In this document: piece after piece, positions 45,436 through 53,760 of the stretch
How positions within the stretch are numbered: the stretch's first letter is position 1
How the letters are laid out: every line of letters starts with the position of its first letter
Assembly: GCF_003991155.1 (NCBI RefSeq)
Contig: NZ_CP031293.1
Reading direction: 5' to 3' (one strand)
DNA length: 64,000 nucleotides
From: Escherichia coli
GTDB lineage: Bacteria > Pseudomonadota > Gammaproteobacteria > Enterobacterales > Enterobacteriaceae
Notes under the pieces: model-generated
What the model was told of the DNA's origin: nothing
Database searches by the model: none
The model's input: the letters and a program-made list of their open reading frames with translations, nothing else
Program-made: the position numbers and the translations under genes

Positions 45436-45981
45436 ATCCACCCAGTCGCGAAAATGGCCTGCGTTATTGCCAGAGGTAATAAAACCTTTGATTAACGTTA
45501 CTCATACTGGTAGCACCTTCATGTACCTCTCTTTTTTACGAAAAATCAAAAGAGCTAACTAAGGTCATAATTCGCATGAATCATTAACCATTTGTTATTT
45601 TCAACATTATTTTTACATTAAGCAGAGATGAATTGCAGTGAAATTCGACTTAAATTTTATGAAATGCATTTACTCATGGCTAAACCCATATCACTAAAAT
45701 GCAAATTAGAAGTAGATCACAAATACCTCAATACACCAAATCAAGTTAATTTTAAAAATTTAACATTCATGACATTAGTTGACATAACACACTGAATTAA
45801 CATGAGAATTTAACAACATACTTTAAACAATCATTTCCCGAAAGACATTTTGAAAATAGATCAATTGCAACATTACGGTCAGATAAAGACACTCCTGTGA
45901 TATTAAACCTGTGCCGTTATGAACGGCCATAAATACGACGTGTGTAACTTATTTTACTCTCTGTCTTACAAAGGATTACCC

Positions 45982-46431
45982 ATGAAGAAAGCAACACTTG
46001 TGATTGGCGTTATTGGCGCGGACTGCCATGCAGTAGGCAATAAAGTTCTGGACCGCGTTTTTAGCAACCATGGCTTCAGAGTCATTAATCTGGGCGTAAT
46101 GGTCAGCCAGGACGAATATATTGATGCGGCCATTGAAACTGGCGCTGACGCGATTGTCGTCTCCTCTATCTATGGGCATGGCGATATCGACTGTCTGGGC
46201 ATGCGCGAACGCTGCATCGAGCGTGGACTGGGGGACATCCTGCTCTATGTGGGCGGTAACCTGGTGGTCGGAAAACATGACTTCGCTGACGTGGAAACCA
46301 AATTCAAAGAGATGGGATTTGATCGCGTCTTTGCCCCAAGTCATGACTTAGAAGATGTTTGTCAGCTGATGGCACACGATATCAACCAACGTCATGACGT
46401 TGATACTCGTATTCTTGAAGAGGCAATCTGA
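45982..46431 (+). CDS. glmS: Glutamate mutase (methylaspartate mutase) small B12-binding subunit sigma, 149 aa
   Basis: ORF 45919..46431 trimmed to the ATG at 45982 after [29 protein letters not shown] carries the DxHxxG cobalamin-binding motif and aligns to clostridial MutS/GlmS. Not the glucosamine-6-P synthase glmS. Confidence 0.88.
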   Translation: MKKATLVIGVIGADCHAVGNKVLDRVFSNHGFRVINLGVMVSQDEYIDAAIETGADAIVVSSIYGHGDIDCLGMRERCIERGLGDILLYVGGNLVVGKHDFADVETKFKEMGFDRVFAPSHDLEDVCQLMAHDINQRHDVDTRILEEAI

Positions 46432-47819
46432 TGCAAATCGTCTCTGTCGATATTGGATCGACGTGGACCAAAGCAGCCCTCTTCGCCCGGGAGGGGGATG
46501 CGTTAACGTTGGTTAACCACGTACTGACCCCAACCACCACCCATCATCTGGCGAAGGGGTTTTTCTCCAGCCTGAACCTGGTGTTAAACGTAGATAATGC
46601 CCTCCCCCTGTTTAACAACGGTGAGGTTGCATTGAAGTATTCCTCCTCTGCCAAAGGTGGGCTGGCGGTTGCCGCAATGGGATTGGTGCCTTCTATCACC
46701 CTGGAAACCGCGAAAGTAACCGCTCACTCTGCGGGGGCTAAAATTGCGCAATATTACGCCTACAAGCTGAACCGCCGTGATATCCAGGCACTGGAAGAAA
46801 CGCAGCCCGATATTCTCTTGTTCACCGGCGGCACCGACGGCGGAGAAGAAAGCTACGGCCTGAATAACGCCCGTGTGCTGGCAGAATCCAAACTCGACTG
46901 CGCCATTATTTATGCCGGAAACCGGGATATTCAGGACGAGGTGCAGGAGATCCTAGGGCATAAAGACCTGACCATCGTCGACAACGTTCTGCCCGATCTT
47001 GACCATCCGAACCCTTTAGCTGCACGCCAGGCTATCTGCGACATATTCCTTAAACGCATCGTTAAAGGGAAAGGGCTGGATGTCGTTGTTGATAAAACAG
47101 GCGAAGAACCAATGCCGACACCGTGGACAGTCTTTGAACTGGTTAAGGCAATCAGTAATGTCGATCACAGCTGGAAAGAGTTCATGCTGATCGACATGGG
47201 TGGCGCAACCACCGATGTCTATTCCGCCTGTGCCAACACGCTCTCGCCCGACACCGTTTTACACGGCGTACCGGAACCCTTCGTGAAACGGACGGTGGAA
47301 GGCGATCTGGGAATGCGCGTCTCGGCAATGGTGGTTGGTGAAAGTGCGAAAGAGTTAGTCAATGTGAATTTTGCTCAGCAACCCGCACAGCTGGACGCTT
47401 TTTATCATTACCTCCGTCATCTAGTCGCTCATCCCGACTACTTACCCGCGAATGCAGAAGAAAAATATTTCGATACCGTCCTGGCCGGACTGTGTGTGGG
47501 TTATGCCACCGAAAGACATGCGGGCACCAAAAAAGAGGTCTGCACCTGCGTCGGCAATGTCGATTTACAGATGGGACGTGACCTGACAACCGTGCGTAAA
47601 GTCGTCGGATCCGGCGGATGGCTCTCGCGTGCCAGTCAGTTCGATATGCATCACTGGTTGAAATACCGCGAGTTAAACGACGACGGTAAACGCATTCTCT
47701 TACCGACCGAATTTGAATATTACCGCGATTCCCGGGGGCTATTACCACTGCTGGCAAACGTCGCCAGAGTCGATCCGCTGGCCGCCGCGCGCACCAGTAT
47801 TCAATGCTTAACCCTATAA
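46431..47819 (+). CDS. glmL: Glutamate mutase accessory protein MutL/GlmL (ASKHA-fold, putative reactivase/chaperone), 462 aa
   Basis: [18 protein letters not shown]... is an actin/HSP70-like phosphate-1 motif. It sits between the S and E subunits as in clostridia. The ATG overlaps the glmS TGA. Confidence 0.8.
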   Translation: MQIVSVDIGSTWTKAALFAREGDALTLVNHVLTPTTTHHLAKGFFSSLNLVLNVDNALPLFNNGEVALKYSSSAKGGLAVAAMGLVPSITLETAKVTAHSAGAKIAQYYAYKLNRRDIQALEETQPDILLFTGGTDGGEESYGLNNARVLAESKLDCAIIYAGNRDIQDEVQEILGHKDLTIVDNVLPDLDHPNPLAARQAICDIFLKRIVKGKGLDVVVDKTGEEPMPTPWTVFELVKAISNVDHSWKEFMLIDMGGATTDVYSACANTLSPDTVLHGVPEPFVKRTVEGDLGMRVSAMVVGESAKELVNVNFAQQPAQLDAFYHYLRHLVAHPDYLPANAEEKYFDTVLAGLCVGYATERHAGTKKEVCTCVGNVDLQMGRDLTTVRKVVGSGGWLSRASQFDMHHWLKYRELNDDGKRILLPTEFEYYRDSRGLLPLLANVARVDPLAAARTSIQCLTL

Positions 47820-47837
47820 CAATTAAGGCTGCAATCA

Positions 47838-49283
47838 ATGGAACTTCGAAATAAGAAATTAACCCATGACGAATTCATGACCGAGCGGCAACAGGTACTG
47901 AAAACCTGGGAAACCGGCAAGGATGTTGAAAACTTTGAAGATGGCGTTAAATACCAACAAACCATTCCTGAGCATAAACGCTTCTCTCTTGCCCTGCTGA
48001 AAGCAGACAAGGAAGGTAAAACTCTTAGCCAACCGCGCGCAGGCGTGGCGCTGATGGACGAACACATCGAACTACTGAAAACACTACAAGAAGAGTGCGA
48101 TCTGCTGCCGAGCACCATCGATGCATATACCCGTCTGAATCGGTACGAAGAAGCGGCTGTAGGGATTAAAAAATCCATCGAAGCCGGAACCTCTAAACTG
48201 AACGGTTTACCGGTCGTTAACCACGGCGTCGCAGCTTGCCGTCGCCTCACCGAAACTCTGCAAAAACCGCTACAGATCCGCCACGGCACGCCAGATGCGC
48301 GTCTGCTGGCTGAAATCTCGATGGCCAGCGGCTTTACCAGTTATGAAGGCGGCGGCATTTCCTACAATATTCCGTATGCCAAGCGCGTAACGCTGGAAAA
48401 ATCGATCCGCGACTGGCAGTACTGCGACCGTTTAATGGGGATGTATGAAGAACACGGGATCCGCATCAACCGCGAACCGTTTGGCCCACTAACGGGTACC
48501 CTGATCCCGCCGTTTATCTCGCACTCTATCGCGATAATCGAAGGCTTGCTGGCGCTGGAACAGGGTGTGAAATCTATCACCGTTGGTTATGGACAGGTCG
48601 GCAGCCTGACGCAGGATGTTGCGGCGATCCAGTCTCTGCGTGAACTTGCACACGAATATTTTCAGAGCTATGGCTATACCGACTATGAATTAAGTACCGT
48701 GTTTCACCAGTGGATGGGCGGCTTTCCGGAAGACGAATCGAAAGCGTTCGCTATTATCTCCTGGGGCGCAGCCGTCGCGGGGATGTCTGGTGCCACCAAA
48801 GTCATCACCAAAAGTCCGCACGAAGCCTGGGGCATCCCGACTGCCGCTGCCAACATTCAGGGGCTGAAAGCCTCCCGCCAGATGCTCAACATGGTCAACG
48901 AGCAGAAATTCCCGCCGTGCCCTGCGGTTGAACTGGAAATTGAACTGATTAAGAGCGAGGTTCGCGCGGTACTGAATAAAGTGTTCGAACTGGGTAATGG
49001 TGATATTGCGCGCGGTACGGTGCTGGCATTTGAAGCGGGCGTACTGGATGTGCCGTTTGCGCCAGCCGCCTGCAACGCGGGCAAAATTCTTCCGGTCCGT
49101 GACAACACCGGCGCGATACGCGTACTGGAAGCCGGAGCCGTTCCATTGCCAAAAGATATTCTCGACCTCCACCACGATTACGTTGCGGAACGCGCACGCT
49201 TTGAAGGACGCCAACCGACATTCCAGATGGTTGTAGATGACATCAATGCTGTATCCCACAGTAAATTAATAGGAAGACCATAA
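47838..49283 (+). CDS. glmE: Glutamate mutase large catalytic subunit epsilon, 481 aa
   Basis: MELRNKKLTHDEFMTERQQVLKTWETGKDV...QPRAGVALMDEHIELLKTLQ...PSTIDAYTRLNRYEEA is collinear with clostridial MutE/GlmE. Confidence 0.9.
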   Translation: MELRNKKLTHDEFMTERQQVLKTWETGKDVENFEDGVKYQQTIPEHKRFSLALLKADKEGKTLSQPRAGVALMDEHIELLKTLQEECDLLPSTIDAYTRLNRYEEAAVGIKKSIEAGTSKLNGLPVVNHGVAACRRLTETLQKPLQIRHGTPDARLLAEISMASGFTSYEGGGISYNIPYAKRVTLEKSIRDWQYCDRLMGMYEEHGIRINREPFGPLTGTLIPPFISHSIAIIEGLLALEQGVKSITVGYGQVGSLTQDVAAIQSLRELAHEYFQSYGYTDYELSTVFHQWMGGFPEDESKAFAIISWGAAVAGMSGATKVITKSPHEAWGIPTAAANIQGLKASRQMLNMVNEQKFPPCPAVELEIELIKSEVRAVLNKVFELGNGDIARGTVLAFEAGVLDVPFAPAACNAGKILPVRDNTGAIRVLEAGAVPLPKDILDLHHDYVAERARFEGRQPTFQMVVDDINAVSHSKLIGRP

Positions 49284-50524
49284 TGAAAATAAAACAGGCT
49301 CTGTTCACCGCTGGCTACTCCTCATTCTATTTCGATGACCAGCAGGCGATAAAAAACGGAGCGGGTCATGACGGCTTTTTTTATACCGGGGAGCCGGTAA
49401 CACAGGGGTTTAACGCCGTTCGTCAGGCCGGGGAGTGCGTATCAGTACAGTTGATTCTGGAAAACGGCTCGGTCGCCGTAGGTGACTGTGCTGCCGTACA
49501 GTATTCCGGGGCAGGTGGTCGCGATCCACTGTTCCTCGCTGAGCACTTTATTCCGTTCCTCAACGACCATATCAAGCCATTACTGGTAGGCCGCGATGTG
49601 GATGCTTTCCTGCCGAATGCCCGTTTCTTCGACAAATTGCGTATTGACGGCAACTTGCTGCATACCGCCGTGCGCTACGGATTATCACAGGCGCTGCTTG
49701 ATGCTACCGCGCTGGCAACCGGCCGTCTGAAAACTGAAGTAGTTTGCGATGAATGGCAGTTGCCACGCGTGGCGGAATCCATTCCATTATTTGGTCAGAG
49801 CGGGGACGATCGATATATCGCCGTCGATAAGATGATCCTTAAGGGCATCGACGTGCTGCCCCATGCACTGATTAATAACGTCGAAGAGAAACTGGGCTTT
49901 AAAGGTGAAAAACTGCGCGAATATGTCCGCTGGCTGTCGGATCGTATTCTGAGCAAGCGCACCAGCGCACGCTACCACCCTACCCTGCACATCGATGTAT
50001 ACGGCACTATCGGTCTGATCTTCGATATGGATCCGCTTCGCTGTGCGCAATACATCGCCAGCCTGGAAAAAGAAGCGCAAGGCCTGCCGCTCTACATTGA
50101 AGGGCCGGTCGATGCCGGTAACAAGCCCGATCAAATTCGCCTGCTGACCGCGATTACCAAAGAGCTGACGCGCCTCGGTTCCGGCGTGAAAATTGTGGCC
50201 GATGAATGGTGTAACACCTACCAGGATATTGTTGATTTCACTGATGCCGCCAGTTGTCACATGGTGCAAATCAAAACCCCGGATCTGGGCAGTATTCACA
50301 ACATCGTCGATGCGGTTCTTTACTGCAACAGCCACAGCATGGAAGCGTACCAGGGCGGCACCTGCAATGAAACTGATGTCAGTGCCCGCACCTGTGTCCA
50401 CGTCGCCCTTGCCGCTCGCCCTATGCGTATGCTGGTAAAGCCAGGGATGGGCTTTGACGAAGGCCTCGATATCGTCTTCAACGAAATGAATCGTACTATC
50501 GCGCTGTTGCAGGCTAAGGATTAA
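49283..50524 (+). CDS. mal: 3-methylaspartate ammonia-lyase (enolase superfamily), 413 aa
   Basis: MKIKQALFTAGYSSFYFDDQQAIKNGAGHDGF...CAAVQYSGAGGRDPLF...HMVQIKTPDLG closely parallels Clostridium tetanomorphum MAL. TAATG overlap with glmE. Confidence 0.92.
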   Translation: MKIKQALFTAGYSSFYFDDQQAIKNGAGHDGFFYTGEPVTQGFNAVRQAGECVSVQLILENGSVAVGDCAAVQYSGAGGRDPLFLAEHFIPFLNDHIKPLLVGRDVDAFLPNARFFDKLRIDGNLLHTAVRYGLSQALLDATALATGRLKTEVVCDEWQLPRVAESIPLFGQSGDDRYIAVDKMILKGIDVLPHALINNVEEKLGFKGEKLREYVRWLSDRILSKRTSARYHPTLHIDVYGTIGLIFDMDPLRCAQYIASLEKEAQGLPLYIEGPVDAGNKPDQIRLLTAITKELTRLGSGVKIVADEWCNTYQDIVDFTDAASCHMVQIKTPDLGSIHNIVDAVLYCNSHSMEAYQGGTCNETDVSARTCVHVALAARPMRMLVKPGMGFDEGLDIVFNEMNRTIALLQAKD

Positions 50525-50527
50525 CAA

Positions 50528-51898
50528 ATGGCTCGTTCTTTTAAAGTCTTATCGCCAACGGCAATCCTCGGGTATGGATTCCCGGAAGAGAGCTTCCGCA
50601 AAGCGATGGCAGAATCGCCCGATCTGATCGCCGTTGATGCAGGCTCTTCCGATCCTGGCCCCCACTACCTCGGAGCGGGCAAACCGTTTACCGATCGCGC
50701 AGGGGTCAAGCGCGATCTGCGCTATATGATCACCGCAGGCGTGCAAAATAATATACCGGTGGTGATCGGAACAGCTGGCGGTTCTGGTGCCGCACCACAC
50801 CTGGAGTGGTGCCGAGAAATAATTCATGAGATTGCCCGGGAAGAGCGACTCGTGTTCTCGATGGCGCTGATCCCGGCAGACGTTGACAAAGCCATCGTCC
50901 ACCAGGCGCTGGATAACGGCAAAATCACGGCGCTGGATTTTGTCCCGCCGTTAACCCACGACGCGATTGACGAAAGTACGTATATCGTTGCGCAAATGGG
51001 CATCGAACCCTTCCAGCGGGCGCTGAAAGAAGGCGCGCAAGTGGTGCTGGGCGGGCGCGCTTACGACCCGGCCTGCTTTGCTGCGCTCCCGATCATGCAA
51101 GGCTTTGATGAAGGTCTGGCGCTGCATTGTGGGAAAATCCTTGAATGCGCGGCAATCGCCGCAACGCCCGGCTCAGGCTCTGACTGTGCGATGGGCATCA
51201 TTGATGACAACGGCTTTACGCTGAAGACATTTAATCCGAAGCGTAAATTTACCGAAACGTCAGCGGCTGCACACACACTGTATGAGAAATCCGATCCCTA
51301 CTTCCTGCCTGGACCTGGCGGCGTGTTGAACCTGAAAGGCTGCACATTTAAAGCGGTCAATGACGGCGAAGTGTACGTCAGCGGTTCTAAGCATGAAGAA
51401 ACGCCGTATGCCCTGAAACTGGAAGGTGCGCGACGGGTGGGCTTCCGCTGTCTGACCATCGCAGGAACGCGCGACCCGATCATGATCGCCGGGATCGATA
51501 AAATCATCGATGAAGTCAAAACCAGCGTTTCACGTAACCTGTCGCTCGACGATGACAGCATTCGCATCAATTTCCACCTGTACGGCAAAAACGGGGTGAT
51601 GGGCGACCATGAACCGATGCAAACTGCCGGGCATGAGCTGGGGATTGTCCTTGATGTAGTTGCACCGACCCAGGAAATTGCCAATAGCGTTTGCTCGCTG
51701 GTGCGCTCTACCATGCTGCACTACGGCTATGAAAACCGCATCGCTACCGCAGGCAATCTGGCGTTCCCGTTCTCCCCTTCTGATATCCAGGGCGGGCCGG
51801 TATACGAATTTTCCATATATCACCTGATTGAAGCCAACGACGCTCTGCGTTTTGATTTCCATATTGAACAGGTGACGCCAGAAGGAGTTCAGGCATGA
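50528..51898 (+). CDS. Uncharacterised protein, AtuA/DUF1446-like, 456 aa
   Basis: MARSFKVLSPTAILGYGFPEESFRKAMAESPDLIAVDAGSSDPGPHYLG... The family call is from memory of DUF1446 architecture and its habitual pairing with DUF4387; it was not checked against profiles. Confidence 0.75.
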   Translation: MARSFKVLSPTAILGYGFPEESFRKAMAESPDLIAVDAGSSDPGPHYLGAGKPFTDRAGVKRDLRYMITAGVQNNIPVVIGTAGGSGAAPHLEWCREIIHEIAREERLVFSMALIPADVDKAIVHQALDNGKITALDFVPPLTHDAIDESTYIVAQMGIEPFQRALKEGAQVVLGGRAYDPACFAALPIMQGFDEGLALHCGKILECAAIAATPGSGSDCAMGIIDDNGFTLKTFNPKRKFTETSAAAHTLYEKSDPYFLPGPGGVLNLKGCTFKAVNDGEVYVSGSKHEETPYALKLEGARRVGFRCLTIAGTRDPIMIAGIDKIIDEVKTSVSRNLSLDDDSIRINFHLYGKNGVMGDHEPMQTAGHELGIVLDVVAPTQEIANSVCSLVRSTMLHYGYENRIATAGNLAFPFSPSDIQGGPVYEFSIYHLIEANDALRFDFHIEQVTPEGVQA

Positions 51899-52212
51899 AA
51901 CAGTCAATTGTCTCACTGGCGCAAGTCATTCGTTCGAAAAATGCCGGACCTTACGAACTGGTTTTAGATATTTTATTTAAAACGAAAGAAAACTATGAGC
52001 GAGTTAAATCATCAGGGCAATTAACCCCAGAACTGATTGCGCGCTTATATCATGTTGAACCTGACTTTATTCACCGTATTGTCTGGTTTGATCCTTCTAA
52101 CGCAGTAAAAATCGTCATGCCACGAGATATTATCTCCGGGAATGTAGGTGACAATGATGTCTATGGTGCACAGCAACATGCACCTTTATTAAATATGAGT
52201 TTCGATTTGTAA
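51895..52212 (+). CDS. Uncharacterised protein, DUF4387-like, 105 aa
   Basis: ...VIRSKNAGPYELVLDILFKTKENYERVKSSGQLTPELIARLY...DVYGAQQHAPLL matches my recollection of the DUF4387 signature. ATGA start/stop overlap with the upstream gene. Confidence 0.75.
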   Translation: MKQSIVSLAQVIRSKNAGPYELVLDILFKTKENYERVKSSGQLTPELIARLYHVEPDFIHRIVWFDPSNAVKIVMPRDIISGNVGDNDVYGAQQHAPLLNMSFDL

Positions 52213-52295
52213 AAATCCGAATACTTTTAGCCAACTGACATCCCGTCACTTATTGCAGTTCAACACTTCAGCTATTTGTAAGGTTGTAATAGCAG

Positions 52296-52327
52296 GTAGA
52301 TGCCTGAATCTCTATTCAGGCATCTAC
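52296..52327 (+). terminator. Strong intra-cluster hairpin (14-bp perfect stem): terminator, attenuator or processing site
   Basis: GTAGATGCCTGAAT-CTCT-ATTCAGGCATCTAC is followed by TTCTCCTGATTCTGATTT. It lies between the DUF4387-like gene and the transporter gene. Confidence 0.55.
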
Positions 52328-52372
52328 TTCTCCTGATTCTGATTTATCGCCGTGCACCTGATGGAGGAAAAA

Positions 52373-53653
52373 ATGAAGAAAATAAGTTTAACCACGATGA
52401 TTCTTTTGGCGCTGGTACTTGGAATGATTATCGGCGTAGTGCTCAATAACACTGCTTCACCGGAAACCGCAAAACTCTATGCGCAAGAAATATCGATATT
52501 CACGACGATTTTCTTACGACTGATAAAAATGATTATCGCTCCGTTAGTGGTCTCTACCCTGGTGGTAGGTATAGCTAAAATGGGAGATGCCAAAGCCCTT
52601 GGTCGTATTTTTTCTAAAACACTCTTTTTATTTATTTGCGCCTCATTGCTGTCAATTGCCTTAGGCTTGATAACGGTAAATTTCTTCATGCCAGGCACAG
52701 GAATTAATTTTGTTGCACACGGTGCCGAAACCACCGGAGTGGTCGCGTCAGAACCCTTTACACTAAAAGTATTTATTTCGCATGCTTTCCCCACCAGCAT
52801 TGTCGATGCCATGGCACACAATGAAATTTTGCAAATCGTGGTGTTCTCAATTTTCCTCGGCTGTAGCCTGACGGCGATTGGTGAGAAAGGCAGCGCCATC
52901 GTTCACGCCTTAGATTCGCTGGCACATGCCATGTTAAAGCTCACTGGCTACGTCATGCTCTTCGCTCCCCTGACCGTATTCGCCGCTATTTCAGCATTGA
53001 TTGCTGAACGAGGACTGGCAGTTATGGTGAGCGCCGGGATCTTTATGGGTGAATTTTATTTCACCATGTTGTTACTTTGGGTGCTGCTTATCGGTCTGGC
53101 CATCGTTTATGTCGGCCCCTGCATCAGACGCCTGACCCGTGCCCTTTCGGAACCCGCCCTGCTGGCATTTACCACATCCAGTTCTGAAGCGGCTTTTCCG
53201 GGAACGCTTGAAAAACTGGAGCAATTTGGCGTTTCCCCCAAAATTGCCAGCTTTGTCTTACCCATTGGCTACTCATTTAATCTCGTTGGATCAATGGCCT
53301 ACTGCTCCTTCGCCACAGTTTTCATCGCCCAGGCCTGCAATATCCATTTATCCATCGGTGAGCAAATCACCATGCTGTTGATCCTGATGTTGACCTCGAA
53401 AGGAATGGCTGGCGTACCACGCGCCTCAATGGTGGTTATCGCCGCCACGCTCAACCAGTTCAATATTCCGGAAGCGGGGCTGATCTTGCTGATGGGCGTT
53501 GATCCGTTCCTTGATATGGGGCGTTCCGCGACAAACGTCATGAGCAACGCAATGGGCGCTGCGATGGTGAGTCGGTGGGAAGGCGAACATTTCGGCGAGG
53601 GCTGTCGGGGTAAAGCATTAAAACCCAATGAATCGAACGTTGCTCTGCCCTGA
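52373..53653 (+). CDS. Dicarboxylate/amino acid:cation symporter (DAACS; GltP/DctA-like), 426 aa
   Basis: ORF 52352..53653 trimmed to the ATG at 52373 after GGAGG. MKKISLTTMILLALVLGMIIGVVLN... is polytopic with the family-typical region GVPRASMVVIAATL. Confidence 0.88.
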   Translation: MKKISLTTMILLALVLGMIIGVVLNNTASPETAKLYAQEISIFTTIFLRLIKMIIAPLVVSTLVVGIAKMGDAKALGRIFSKTLFLFICASLLSIALGLITVNFFMPGTGINFVAHGAETTGVVASEPFTLKVFISHAFPTSIVDAMAHNEILQIVVFSIFLGCSLTAIGEKGSAIVHALDSLAHAMLKLTGYVMLFAPLTVFAAISALIAERGLAVMVSAGIFMGEFYFTMLLLWVLLIGLAIVYVGPCIRRLTRALSEPALLAFTTSSSEAAFPGTLEKLEQFGVSPKIASFVLPIGYSFNLVGSMAYCSFATVFIAQACNIHLSIGEQITMLLILMLTSKGMAGVPRASMVVIAATLNQFNIPEAGLILLMGVDPFLDMGRSATNVMSNAMGAAMVSRWEGEHFGEGCRGKALKPNESNVALP

Positions 53654-53760
53654 GGGGGATCTTAAGCAATCAGAAGCCAATGACTACGCATTTTTATAAG
53701 CCGGATCATGAAGTTAGACGGCAATTAAGTAAAACTAACGTTTAAGGTGAAAAGTGAAAT

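Noticed and set aside
45850-45864. TTGAAAATAGATCAA as an FNR or CRP site for the glm operon
   Set aside because: The spacer is 5 nt, whereas FNR needs TTGAT-N4-ATCAA and CRP needs TGTGA-N6-TCACA, and one half is imperfect. It is kept only as a remark in the leader finding and is not called as a feature.
45436-45981. Possibility of an adenosylcobalamin riboswitch in the leader of the B12-dependent mutase operon
   Set aside because: I could not find a B12-box-like element (for example GCCACTG with flanking conserved GC-rich helices). The region is almost uniformly AT-rich. A covariance-model scan (Rfam RF00174) would be the decisive test.
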